Positions 52,596 through 63,028 of a stretch of 64,000 nt of DNA are shown piece by piece. The notes beneath the pieces are model-generated. The model was not told the origin of the DNA, searched no databases, and saw nothing but the letters and a program-made list of their open reading frames with translations. Positions within the stretch are counted from its first letter, which is position 1. Each line of letters starts with the position of its first letter. The stretch comes from an uncultured Armatimonadia bacterium (lineage in GTDB: Bacteria; Armatimonadota; Zipacnadia; CAVVLO01): assembly GCA_963749155.1 (NCBI GenBank), contig CAVVLO010000001.1, positions 672,001 to 736,000 of the forward strand. The letters run 5' to 3'. The translations under genes and the position numbers were made by a program.

Positions 52596-53541
52596 TCACG
52601 CCGTGCGCTTGGTCCGCCTTGACCAAAGCACTACTCCCACCAGGACTAGAATCGTCAGTGTCCCGGCGATGGTTGGGGGCCAGTCCACGAGCGGCCTTGA
52701 GGGCTCCTCTTCGGTGGCATCGGGTGCGGGTGGAGGTGGCACCGGCGCCGACAGCGGATCTTCGTGGACTGCGAATATGAGCACGTCGCCGGTGATGGCA
52801 TCTACCCAGCCTTCTGCGTAAGGGCCATCAGGGTCTGATGTCTTCAGGACTATCTCCCAGCGCAGCCGGTCACCGCGCTCGGGCCACGGCAAGCAGCATT
52901 ATGGTGGCTTCCCAAAGCTCATACTTCCCCCAGCCCTTGAGCCTGGCGAGCAGGCGCTCACGCGCCTCGTAGGCGGTGAGCTTCGCTGTAGTCTGAAGTG
53001 GTGGATGAGCCCTAAGGAAGGTCAGTTCTTCGATGGCGCCCGAACGGCCAACCAGCACGCGCCAGATAGGGACTCCGTAGATGCTGTTGTGCGCAGACAG
53101 GAAGCTCACCCACCAGCCCTTTGCGAACTCGCTGTTCTCATACCGGGCGTTAGTCTGCACCTCGGCTGCAGGCACATCAACGAACAGCTTCGGTCCCTGC
53201 GAGGCGAGGAACTCGCGCGCCCGCTCGATTGCCTGCCCCTTGGACCACACTCGGTGTGTGCTACGGTTGAAGGGAAGGTCTCTTTTGAACTGATAACTCA
53301 GCGGTTCTCCAGCATCATCCAACTGGATCTCCCACTGCGCATTTCCGTATCGCTCGCCGAGGCCGAACTTGCTGTCAGTGGGTTCTGGGCCACGCAGGTT
53401 GGGAGGCGCTTCTACTCCCAGGTTGGCGGCTAGCTGGTCCACGGCCGCCTGGTGGCGAGGAGTACTGACCTCGGCCCATCCAACCAGGTCGATCAGCCCT
53501 GCAACCACCACGACTAGCCCCAGCGTCCAGCTAATTTTCAT
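52596..53541 (-). CDS. Exported PepSY-like protein with Pro-rich linker and C-terminal TM anchor (indel near 52890)
   Basis: Signal peptide; QAIERAREFL; LRWEIVL...VDAITGDVL; TM followed by RRTKR. Confidence 0.55.
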
Positions 53542-53687
53542 GCGGCACACCCTTTGGGTGATGCATAGGGACACTTCCATTTTAGCACGAGGTTTACGCC
53601 ACGTGACCAGAAGCGGGTTTCCTTCTCAAGGCTGGGAACGCGCGTCGGCGCTGGCAGGATTCCTCACTGAAATCTTTGCCTTCCCCC

Positions 53688-53722
53688 TTGACACCCGCCA
53701 GAGAAGTGGTATAGTAATACCA
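53688..53722 (+). promoter_or_regulatory. Promoter of rrf2-hcp with overlapping palindrome
   Basis: TTGACA-16 bp-TATAGT with TG extension; TGGTAT-AGTA-ATACCA inverted repeat over the -10. Confidence 0.65.
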
Positions 53723-53744
53723 GAATACTTGAATGGAGGTTCTT

Positions 53745-54218
53745 ATGCAGAAGCTACTGCAGATCTCGGATGCCGCATCGCTTGCTCTGCACGCTGCCGC
53801 AACGCTTGCCGCGAACCCTGAGGAGCGCGCTTCCACTCGTCAGATGGCCCAGTTGCTCGAAGCCTCCGAGGCGCACCTGGCCAAAGTGATGCAACGCCTC
53901 GTCCACACGGGCCTGGTCACGAGTGTCCGCGGCCCAGGGGGCGGTTTTACGCTGGCCCGGCCGGCCGATGAGATAACTCTGATGCACATCTTCGAGGCCA
54001 TCGAAGGGCCCTTCCAGCCCTCGACCTGTCTGCTCGCCCGTCCTGCCTGCAACGGCACCGGCTGCCTGCTCGGGGGGATGCTCGGAGAGCTCAACACGAC
54101 CTTCGAGGACTATTTCCGTCAGCATACCCTTGCCGACCTGGCGCCTGGCACCTGGCTAACTACGTTGAAGCAGCTACCCCAAGGTAAAACGCCAGCTACC
54201 CCGTCGGCTGATCACTAG
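53745..54218 (+). CDS. Rrf2 family transcriptional regulator with three Cys
   Basis: SEAHLAKVMQRL, SVRGPGGGFTLAR, IFEAIEG, CLLARPACNGTGC. Confidence 0.93.
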   Translation: MQKLLQISDAASLALHAAATLAANPEERASTRQMAQLLEASEAHLAKVMQRLVHTGLVTSVRGPGGGFTLARPADEITLMHIFEAIEGPFQPSTCLLARPACNGTGCLLGGMLGELNTTFEDYFRQHTLADLAPGTWLTTLKQLPQGKTPATPSADH

Positions 54219-54251
54219 CACTGCCAAATTAACCCTGTGGAGGGATGAACT

Positions 54252-55898
54252 ATGTTCTGTTATCAGTGTGAGCAAACCGCCAAAGGCACCGGTTGCAATA
54301 TCTCCGGTGTCTGCGGCAAGAGTCCCGAGGTCGCTGACCTGCAAGACCTGCTGCTGTATGCCGCCAAGGGCATCGCGCAGTACACCTCGCGCGCCCGTAA
54401 ACTCGGCAAGACCAGTGAGAAGATTGACAAGTTCCTCGTCGAGGCGCTGTTCACGACCGTGACCAACGTCAACTTCGACCCCGACCGGCTGGTTGAACTG
54501 CTGCAACGGGCTGGCAAGAAGAAAGCCAAGGCGAAGGCCCTCTACCTCGAAGCCGCTGCCGCAGCGGGTGTCACGCCCGAGGAGCTGCACGGCCCCGCCG
54601 ACTGGGAACCCGCCTGCTGTCTCGAGCCACTTCTCGAACAGGCCAAAGCCGCCTCCATCCCAGGTCGCCTGGAGTCGCTTGGCGCCGACGTAACCGGCCT
54701 GCAGGAACTCGCGATGTACGGCCTCAAAGGCGCGGCGGCCTACGCTGACCATGCTTATGTACTGGGCAAGTGGAACGATGAGGTCTTCCAGGGCTTCGAG
54801 AACGCCCTGGCGTACCTGGCCGACGACCCGACCGACATCGGCGACCTGCTGGCTTTCAACCTCGGCCTGGGCGAGCTCAACCTCAAAGTGATGCAACTAC
54901 TCGATGGCGCCAATACGGGCGCTTACGGAAATCCCGTGCCGACCGCAGTGCGCATCCATCCGGTGAAGGGCAAGGCCATCCTGGTCTCTGGCCACGACTT
55001 GAAAGACCTCGAATTGCTGCTGCAGCAGACCGAGGGCAAGGGGATCAATATCTACACGCACGGCGAGATGCTTCCCGCGCATGGTTATCCCGAGCTGAAG
55101 AAGTACAAGCACCTCGTGGGCAACTACGGCGGGGCCTGGCAGGACCAGCAAAAGGAGTTCGAGGCTTTCCCAGGCGCCATCCTGATGACTACCAACTGCA
55201 TCCAGAAGCCGCGCGAGACTTACAAGGCGCGCATCTTCACCACGGGTCTTGTCGCCTGGCCTGGCGTCGAGCATATCGGCAAGGAGAAGGACTTCTCGCC
55301 GGTCATCGAAGCGGCGCTCGAGGCTGGAGGTTTTGCTGAAGACGGCCCGGACAAGACCATCCTTGTAGGCTTCGGCCACGCCGCGGTGCTGGGCGTAGCG
55401 GACAAAGTTATCGAGGCGGTGAAGACTGGCGCTATCAAGCACTTCTTCCTGATTGGAGGGTGCGACGGCGCCAAACCTGGCCGCAACTACTATACCGACT
55501 TCGCAGAGGCGGTGCCGGATGACTGCGTCATCTTGACGCTGGCCTGCGGCAAGTTCCGTTTCAACAAGCTGGAGTTCGGTGATATCGGCGGCATCCCGCG
55601 GCTGCTGGACATCGGCCAGTGCAATGACGCCTATTCGGCTATCCAGATAGCCGTCGCGCTGGCGGGCGCCTTCGAGACCGACGTCAACAGCCTGCCGCTG
55701 TCGATGATACTCTCCTGGTATGAGCAGAAAGCCTGTGCCATCCTGCTGACGCTGCTGCACCTGGGGATCAAGAACATAAAGCTCGGGCCATCGCTACCGG
55801 CCTTCGTAACTCCCGCGGCGCTGAAGGTGCTGGTTGAGAAGTTTGGCATCGCGCCCATCACGACCGTTGAAGCCGATTTGGCCGAGTGCCTTGCCTGA
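54252..55898 (+). CDS. hcp: Hybrid cluster protein (hydroxylamine reductase)
   Basis: MFCYQCEQT...GC...[42 protein letters not shown]. Confidence 0.97.
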   Translation: MFCYQCEQTAKGTGCNISGVCGKSPEVADLQDLLLYAAKGIAQYTSRARKLGKTSEKIDKFLVEALFTTVTNVNFDPDRLVELLQRAGKKKAKAKALYLEAAAAAGVTPEELHGPADWEPACCLEPLLEQAKAASIPGRLESLGADVTGLQELAMYGLKGAAAYADHAYVLGKWNDEVFQGFENALAYLADDPTDIGDLLAFNLGLGELNLKVMQLLDGANTGAYGNPVPTAVRIHPVKGKAILVSGHDLKDLELLLQQTEGKGINIYTHGEMLPAHGYPELKKYKHLVGNYGGAWQDQQKEFEAFPGAILMTTNCIQKPRETYKARIFTTGLVAWPGVEHIGKEKDFSPVIEAALEAGGFAEDGPDKTILVGFGHAAVLGVADKVIEAVKTGAIKHFFLIGGCDGAKPGRNYYTDFAEAVPDDCVILTLACGKFRFNKLEFGDIGGIPRLLDIGQCNDAYSAIQIAVALAGAFETDVNSLPLSMILSWYEQKACAILLTLLHLGIKNIKLGPSLPAFVTPAALKVLVEKFGIAPITTVEADLAECLA

Positions 55899-55933
55899 GC
55901 TGAAGCTCAGTAATTACCTGGTGATTTTACATA

Positions 55934-55964
55934 AACGGGCGTCTTTAGGGGCGCCCGTTCCTTT
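55934..55964 (+). terminator. Terminator after hcp
   Basis: AACGGGCG...CGCCCGTT followed by CCTTT. Confidence 0.55.
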
Positions 55965-56217
55965 CCCCTTTGTGGGCGGTGCGGCCAAAAGGGGCTACAA
56001 AGGCGTAAAACGGCGTAACAGGGAGGTAACCAACGGTTGTAAGGATGGGAGATCCACTTGGAAACAACCCCCCCTTGCGTGAATACCTGCGCTACAATAG
56101 TATTGGTAAGGTGGAGAGGAGAGGGCCTGTTGCACTTTGTTAAACGAATATTAAGTGCATTGGGCGCTCGAGCGCGCTTGTTGCTTAGCGACTGCGGGGC
56201 GCGTTGAGGCGGCTTAT

Positions 56218-58618
56218 ATGTCCGAAGTACTTACACAACCTGCTGTCGAGATACTGCTGCTGAGTCTTATCACGGTCTTGGCCCTGTGGGCCATGCATGT
56301 CCAGGGATTACGCAAACAGATAGCCGATAAACGTAATGAGATTGCGCGGCAAGAAGACCAGGTTGTTCAGCTCCAGGCCGAACGCGCCGCCATGCGCGGT
56401 GATGTGCTACTTGCAGATGAAGCCCTGAGACACACCAGTTGCGCTCTGGTGGCATGCGACAAGAAGGGGCGCCTCCTGCTTGCCAATGAGGCAGCCGAAG
56501 CGCTGCTTCACCTCGATGTACAATCTACCAACCTGCTGGCGCCCGAGTGGCTCAACCATTTCCGAAGCGAACTGGTTTCCGATGTTGCCGGGCAGGAAGC
56601 TTTGCTTCCTCATATGCAGGTCCTGAACGGCAATGGCCAGGCAGCTTCTTCTTCCGCGCTGGTACAAGACAAGGCCCGTTCCGGCTGGATAGAAATATAT
56701 GCCTGCCCTCCGCGCAGAGGCTGCCAGGTGCCTGCGAGTGTCTTCTTGCAGGCCCATGATGTCACCGAGCAAATCCAGCGCCAGCTCGAGCTGGGTAAAG
56801 AGATTGCCCGATGGCAAGAGCTTATCAACGATCTTCCCGCCCTGGTATGGATCTCGGATGCCGATTTTGGGCTGCTGATGGCCAGCAAAGAATGGGAAAG
56901 TGTGCTTGGCCAAAAGCCCGAAGCAATGCTTGGCCAGGCCTGGCTCGAGCTGGTGCATCCGGTAGATTTACCCGACCTTAAACAGCAATGGCGCGAAGCG
57001 GCGCGTACCCGGACCAGCCTCGATCTCCAACTCAGGCTTCGCAATGCTGAAGGAGACTGGCGCTGGTTCAGGATGACAGGGCACCCTCAAGGGGAGCCAG
57101 GCAAAGGATTTGCGGGTTTTGTGGGGTGTTGTCTGGGTTCTGATGTTGCAGGTCAGGGCGGAGACGAACTCGGGATGTACCGGATTATCGCCGATGGGCT
57201 TGGCGAAGCGATGCTTATCATTGATGAGGATGGCTTTGTACTGCATGCCAACCGGATGGCCGAGCGGCTTTATGGATGCAGCCGCGAGCAGCTTATTGGG
57301 ACCAAGATCCAGGAACTGCGGGTCGAAAATACAGGGCCAAGCCTGTCCGATATCGCCACAACCGCGGGGGCTGAAGGATTGCTTTACGAAGTGCGCCACA
57401 AGCGCCTGAATGGAGCAGTCTTTACCGCCGAAGTACGCAGCAATGTAATAGAGCTGGGTGGCAAGCAGTTCTTCATTGCCTTTGTGAGAGATGTAGGGCC
57501 CAGGCGCGCCGCCCAGGAAGAGCTACGCGAGGAGCGAGAGCGCTTCCATGCCGCCCTCCAGTCTGCCGGGCAATCCTACCTCTCTGCTGGAAAACCACCA
57601 GCTTCGATTCGTAAACCAGGCTATGACTGAGTGCTTTGGGCCATATAAGGGCCAGCCTTGTTATAGTTATCTGCTGGGCTCTGCCAAACCCTGCGCTGGT
57701 TGCAGGACTGATAATCCTGCCTGCGAGCAAGCCTCTGCCAACGGAGTATGGGCTTCTCCCGATCAAGCTCGCTGGTATAAGGCAAGCGTTACTCGCTTGC
57801 GCGTTTCGGCAGGCACTCCGGAGTTTCTCCTCGTGTTGCATGATGTCACAAAGGCACGTGAGGACGAAGAGGCCTGGAGACTTACGAATGAAGCCCTCGA
57901 GGCAAGAGTCAACGAGCGGACAGTGCAGCTTCAAGAGGCCAACAAGGAGCTTGAAAGCTTCGCTTATTCGGTATCTCACGATCTGCGCGCTCCGTTGCGC
58001 ACTCTGAATGGCTTTTCGAAGATACTGCTGCGCCAGCCAGATGAGAGCCTGAGCGACCAAACGGTCCATTATCTGGAGCTTATCAACAAGAGCGCCCTGC
58101 GGATGGACCAGCTTGTGTCGGGCCTGCTCGAGTATTCCAGGACAGGCCGGGCTGCGATGCATCCTGATTGGGTAGCGCCTGATGGCATAGTGCAGGAATT
58201 GATGGAAGAACTGGGGATGCAATATCCAACAGCCACAATATTGGCCGAAGCTCTGCCCCGTTGCTGGGCTGACCGTCAGTTGCTGCGGCAAGTACTGCAA
58301 AACCTGCTCGGTAACGCTTTGAAGTTTTCCTCCAAGCGTTCTGATGCGGTCATACAGGTCGGTGCCAAGCGGAACGGCGAAGAAGTTATCTATTTTGTCA
58401 GCGACAATGGAGAAGGCTTCGACCCCACCTATTCTGACCGGCTCTTCCGGGTATTCCAGCGTCTGCACACTGAAGAGGACTACGAGGGCACAGGGATAGG
58501 ACTTGCCATAGTTGGAAGCATCATCACCAGACATGGTGGTCGAGTCTGGGCAGAATCCAAACCGAACGAAGGCGCTACTTTCTTCTTCACCCTGCCAGGG
58601 GGAGAACATAATGGCTGA
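56218..58618 (+). CDS. Multi-PAS sensor histidine kinase (Cph1-like kinase core), indel near 57580
   Basis: One TM, several PAS domains (WLELVHPVD...WRWF), SVSHDLRAPLR, FQRLH, GIGLAIV. Confidence 0.88.
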
Positions 58619-59069
58619 GACCTACACGCTGGTTGTCGTTGAAGACAATCCTGATGAGCTCGAGTTGCTGATGTATGCGCTCCGCGAGCATGCAAAAGAT
58701 GAGACGGTAAGGGCCTTGCGAGATGGCGCCCAGGCGCTGGAGTTTGCTTTTGGAGAAGCAACACGCACAGCGCGCCGGACTTTTGGCTTGCCCAGGCTTG
58801 TACTCCTTGATCTCAAGCTGCCCAAAGTCGGTGGTCTCGATGTGCTTGCCAAGCTCAGGAGCGATCCGGACTGGTGCGCCGTCCCTATAATCGTACTTAG
58901 CGCCTCCAACCAGCAAAGCGATATCACTCGCGCCTATGAGCTGGGGGCAAGCAGTTACCTCGTGAAGCCTGTCGACCTGGATGAGTTTACCGAGCTTATA
59001 CAGCTTGTGGTCACTTATTGGCTCAGGACGAATCGGACGCCAATGCCGGTCATACAGCCGGGAGGATAG
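58611..59069 (+). CDS. Single-domain response regulator (Rcp1-like)
   Basis: VVEDNPD, LLDLKLPKVGG, AYELGASSYLVKP, YWL. Confidence 0.92.
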   Translation: MAETYTLVVVEDNPDELELLMYALREHAKDETVRALRDGAQALEFAFGEATRTARRTFGLPRLVLLDLKLPKVGGLDVLAKLRSDPDWCAVPIIVLSASNQQSDITRAYELGASSYLVKPVDLDEFTELIQLVVTYWLRTNRTPMPVIQPGG

Positions 59070-59073
59070 CCTG

Positions 59074-60225
59074 ATGGGTGAGGCAAGCTTGAATATGCTG
59101 ATGGTGGAAGACAGTCTGGCCGATGCCGAACTGACGGCGGCTGAACTAAGGGAATACTGGCCAGAGCTGACCTGGAAGCGCGTTGAACGGGCCGAATCCT
59201 TCGTGGCTGCCCTTGCCGAAGAGCCTGACATCATCATCTGTGATTATAGTCTGCCAGGTTTTAACGCGCCTGCGGCAATAAAACTGTTGAAGGAAAGCGG
59301 CAAAGACATCCCCCTGATTGTAGTCACAGGCCAGGTGGGAGAAGAAGCCGCCGTTAATTGTGTGCGCGAAGGGGCGGCCGACTGCCTTTTGAAAGATCGC
59401 CTGGTAAGGCTGGGCGAAGCAGTGCGGTCTGCTCTCGAGGCGAAGCGCCTTCGACTTGAGCAACGCCGTTCTACTGCCCTGCTTCAGGCGAGTGAAGAAC
59501 GGCTACGGCGCGTTTTTGACGCGACCCAGGATGCCATTATTCTTTTCGATTACGATGAGGACCACTGCCTGGGCAGGCTGCTTGAGGCTAATAGTGCAGC
59601 TGGGAGAATGCTGGGTGGGGGCGTAGAGCGAATAATCGGCTTGCATGCCAGCGATTTTTTGAGGTGGGGCAAGAATCATGGCCCCCAGACCGGGCAGGAT
59701 TTGCTTGCAAAGGGACACCTTTCCTGTGAGGCAACCATTATCACCAAATCTGGGGCTGAACGGGCGGCTCTTCTCACAGGGACGGTACTCGACCTGGGGG
59801 ATGCGCCAGTTGTTATGGTGCTGGCCCACGACCTGTCCGAACGTAAACGCGCCGCATTAATGCTGGCCCAGTCAGAACTCGACCGCGAGGCTTTCTTCGA
59901 GCACTGTCCGGAAGGTATTTTCCGGGTAAATCCCAGGTGGATTCTATTGGACGCTAATCCTGCTCTGGCCGAGTTGCTTGGTCATCCTGATCCTGCCTTG
60001 ATGGCGGGGTTGAGTCTGCCTCGAGATGTGTTTGCCGATCCTGATGAGGCTGACCAGTTGATAAAAGAAGTCGAACATGTCGGACTCATTCACAACCGGA
60101 TAGTGAGGTGGCGCACAGAGGGGGGAGACCTTATCGAGGTCTTGTTGTCGGCTCAACTGCTTGCCGAAGCCGACGGCCTGGCCTACCAGCTAGTCGGTTT
60201 CGTTCGCCCTGTCCCTGAACACTAG
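59074..60225 (+). CDS. REC-PAS-PAS protein without an obvious output domain
   Basis: VEDSLADAEL, ICDYSLP, GAADCLLKDRL, two PAS domains, then stop and terminator. Confidence 0.85.
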   Translation: MGEASLNMLMVEDSLADAELTAAELREYWPELTWKRVERAESFVAALAEEPDIIICDYSLPGFNAPAAIKLLKESGKDIPLIVVTGQVGEEAAVNCVREGAADCLLKDRLVRLGEAVRSALEAKRLRLEQRRSTALLQASEERLRRVFDATQDAIILFDYDEDHCLGRLLEANSAAGRMLGGGVERIIGLHASDFLRWGKNHGPQTGQDLLAKGHLSCEATIITKSGAERAALLTGTVLDLGDAPVVMVLAHDLSERKRAALMLAQSELDREAFFEHCPEGIFRVNPRWILLDANPALAELLGHPDPALMAGLSLPRDVFADPDEADQLIKEVEHVGLIHNRIVRWRTEGGDLIEVLLSAQLLAEADGLAYQLVGFVRPVPEH

Positions 60226-60254
60226 CTCTTACCAACCAGGCACAGTAACAGGAG

Positions 60255-60279
60255 GACGCCTTCGGGCGTCTTTCTTTTT
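60255..60279 (+). terminator. Rho-independent terminator
   Basis: GACGCC-TTCG-GGCGTC then TTTCTTTTT. Confidence 0.85.
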
Positions 60280-60519
60280 GGGTCCTCCAGGCAACAAACC
60301 AACCTTGAAATCACAAAAGGACCCTCTTTTAGCGTAATAATTTATAAACACATATTGATAAAAGACCAAGGAAGTATTGTCCAGACGCTAAGCGCTGGCT
60401 ACGAATCACTCCTCACAAGCGCTTCTAGCCTGCGAAAAATAAGTCGAGTCATTCTGTTGGCAGAATGGTTGCAGTTTGGAAACCCAGAGTTATACTGCAT
60501 CGAGGAGTTGATGCAGCCT

Positions 60520-61125
60520 ATGATGAAGTTACTCCTATATGCCGCGCTTGCAGTGGGCTTTTGCCTGACTTGTGGTATTGCTTCTGCTAATCCCTTCAGC
60601 GTCACTTACATTGGAGAGACTGAAGCTGGTGCTGATGAAACCTGGGACCTTGCCTGGCAGGTAGTGTGGACCCACACTGGCGGTGAACATGTCGATTATG
60701 TCTGGTTTGGCATAAGCGACAATGTGATGAGTGAGGATATAACGAACATCATCATCCCCTGGGGAGGGGACTACATTACTACTCCGGGTCTGGATTACTA
60801 TGTCGGAGTAGCTGATGATCCTTACTTCGTGCCGGAAGGCGCTCATGCACTGCTTTGGACTCTCTCCCCTCGCCGCACCAATGTAGTGGTAGGGGTTTCT
60901 ATCCTCGATGCAGGTGATATGCATCAGACAGGGGAGGTTGCCATAGGAGTCGGAGGCCAGAAGTTGAAGCCTGATATGGGAGACAACCAGTTTATCTCCT
61001 TTGGAGGAACCGGCCTGACTCCAGAGCCAGGCAGCCTGGCAGTAGTGGTAATGGGATTTGCCTTGGGGGGATATGGGCTGGCTCGCAAAAAGAGGCCCCA
61101 ACGCAGGCTTAGGGGCAGGCACTAA
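60520..61125 (+). CDS. PEP-CTERM sorting domain protein 1
   Basis: Signal peptide (ASA|NP); C-terminal TPEPGS, TM, RKKR. Start 60511-60523. Confidence 0.85.
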   Translation: MMKLLLYAALAVGFCLTCGIASANPFSVTYIGETEAGADETWDLAWQVVWTHTGGEHVDYVWFGISDNVMSEDITNIIIPWGGDYITTPGLDYYVGVADDPYFVPEGAHALLWTLSPRRTNVVVGVSILDAGDMHQTGEVAIGVGGQKLKPDMGDNQFISFGGTGLTPEPGSLAVVVMGFALGGYGLARKKRPQRRLRGRH

Positions 61126-61199
61126 ACATCAGGATCAGCAGTGTGCAGGGGAAACAAGATATTACAGAAATTTATCTCTGTAAAAGGTTGTTTACCGGC

Positions 61200-61227
61200 T
61201 TGACACCGGCCAGAAATGTGGTACATT
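61200..61227 (+). promoter_or_regulatory. Sigma70-type promoter
   Basis: TTGACA-16 bp-TACATT with TG extension. Confidence 0.55.
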
Positions 61228-61314
61228 GGAATTACGTTTCAGGTTAGAAGGAATCTGACCAACCAGTTATAACGAACGGTCTCGCGCTCCGTATGCGCGA
61301 AAAGGGTGAGTTCT

Positions 61315-61893
61315 ATGCGTAGCGTCACTCTCGTAATAATGTTGTCACTCCTGAGCCTGGCACTCTTTACGGGCCTCGCGTCAGCCAATCCATGGACCGT
61401 CAACTACATTGGCGATACCACGTGGCTTGGCGATAACGAGTGGGATCTGCAGTGGCTTGTAGCCTGGTCCGCAAGCAATGAACCACCAGAAACCGTAAGC
61501 TTTGTCTGGTTCGATGTGACGGATGATCTGCAAAGTGCCGATGTAACAAGCTGGACCGACACTGCTTATGCAGACTTCATCACTTCGAGCGGGGTCAACT
61601 ACTATATTGGCGTAGCTGATGACCCTTACGGTGTGACCGAGGGCGACAAGGTTTTCCTGTGGTTGATAAGCGACCCGGGCAACCAGTTCCTGCTCCTGAG
61701 CGCCGTTGTGGATAACGACCCGGCAATCTACTCGTTAGATAATGTCACCGGCGGCATTGGGGGTACTGAGCTTGATCCTGGTGATACGTACAACGAGTTC
61801 ACTGACCTCGGTCTGACCCCCGAGCCAGGCAGCATGGCTGTGCTGCTCTTCGGTCTGGGCGCCATGGGCCTTATCCGTCGCCGCAAGAAGTAA
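61315..61893 (+). CDS. PEP-CTERM sorting domain protein 2
   Basis: Signal peptide; TPEPGSMAVLLFGLGAMGLIRRRKK; paralog of protein 1. Confidence 0.88.
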   Translation: MRSVTLVIMLSLLSLALFTGLASANPWTVNYIGDTTWLGDNEWDLQWLVAWSASNEPPETVSFVWFDVTDDLQSADVTSWTDTAYADFITSSGVNYYIGVADDPYGVTEGDKVFLWLISDPGNQFLLLSAVVDNDPAIYSLDNVTGGIGGTELDPGDTYNEFTDLGLTPEPGSMAVLLFGLGAMGLIRRRKK

Positions 61894-61923
61894 GGTTCAG
61901 TTTTTTTCACCGCCGCATATACG

Positions 61924-61955
61924 AGGAGCTACCCCAGCGTTGGGGTAGCTCCTCT
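61924..61955. terminator. Hairpin between convergent genes
   Basis: GAGGAGCTACCCCA-GCGT-TGGGGTAGCTCCTC perfect 14-bp stem. Confidence 0.75.
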
Positions 61956-61978
61956 TGGTTTATAACTAGTAGCCTTTG

Positions 61979-63020
61979 CTATCTCGGCGCAAGCTCCTCG
62001 AATAACTCCAGGTAATAGACCAGATGCTCGAGGGGGATGTTCGCGGGCAGATGGTTACCGGTGGCAAATACAAAGCCTGGGCAGTCTTTACAGAGGTTGA
62101 AAACTTCCTCCATCTCTTTTTTGATGTCCTCTTTGGTGCCGAAAGTCATCGTCCGACAATCAGCGCCCGCCCATGATGACATGCGTCTTGCCATAGCCCT
62201 CGACCAGTCTTTCAAGATCGTTGGTCGGCTCGAAGCAGAAACCATGGGCTCCAGCGTCTGCCAGATCCTCGTAGAACATATCGAAGGTGCCATCCGAGGT
62301 GAAGAGCACCTTCTTGCCGGCCTCTCTTAGCACGTCCCAGAGCTGCTTGTAGCGCGGAAAGATATAGGTCCGGTAGAAGTCGGGACTGATGAAGGGCCCT
62401 TCTGTCCAGACCATATCGTCATGGCACATGAAGAACTCTATAGACGTCTTTGACCAGGCCCGATAGTGATGCAAAGATTGCTGGAAGATACCTTCCAGCA
62501 CCTGCTCCCCAAAGCGCTGGGGATCCTCTCCTGCGGCCAGTAGCAGCATGTCCCAGCCGAAGGCCGCGATGGCGCCCGAGACCAGTGTCTGATAGTACCC
62601 GCCCGAGATGACCTGGTTGCAGCCTGCCTGACTCTGCTTGAACCAGTTCTCGTAATAATCTACAAGCTTGGTAAAGTCGGTCAGGCCATATTCCTGGACG
62701 GCATCGAAGGACAGGACGTCTTCAGCTTCTTGAAAAGGACTAGGCTGCGGCTTGCGGTAGTCTGTACCGCCCTCGACATAGACCGCGTGGCCCATATCAG
62801 TGACCCGCCCCCGTGTCCCCCAGGGCTCAGGGCCATCGTTTACAGTCCACTGGTAATCGAGATCAAGCAAGTCATTAAACTCTTGCCAGGCTGAGGGCTC
62901 CTTCAGGGGATCCTTGCCAGTGATGTAACGGACGAACTCCCAGTGATCGTTGTACTCAGTATGAGCGACCCTCTCGGTCATCTGAAGATTCAAGGCTTTA
63001 CGGCCAATCTCGTAGCTCAT
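61979..63020 (-). CDS. Uroporphyrinogen decarboxylase-like protein, indel near 62165
   Basis: CHDDMVW, FTSDG, GFCFEP, MTFGTKEDI, ATGNHLP. Confidence 0.78.
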
Positions 63021-63028
63021 AGGCTAGC

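Noticed and set aside
55900..56217. Riboswitch or ncRNA in the longer intergenic regions (also 40000-40150 and 60280-60510)
   Set aside because: No consensus that I can recognise by eye; an Rfam scan would be needed.
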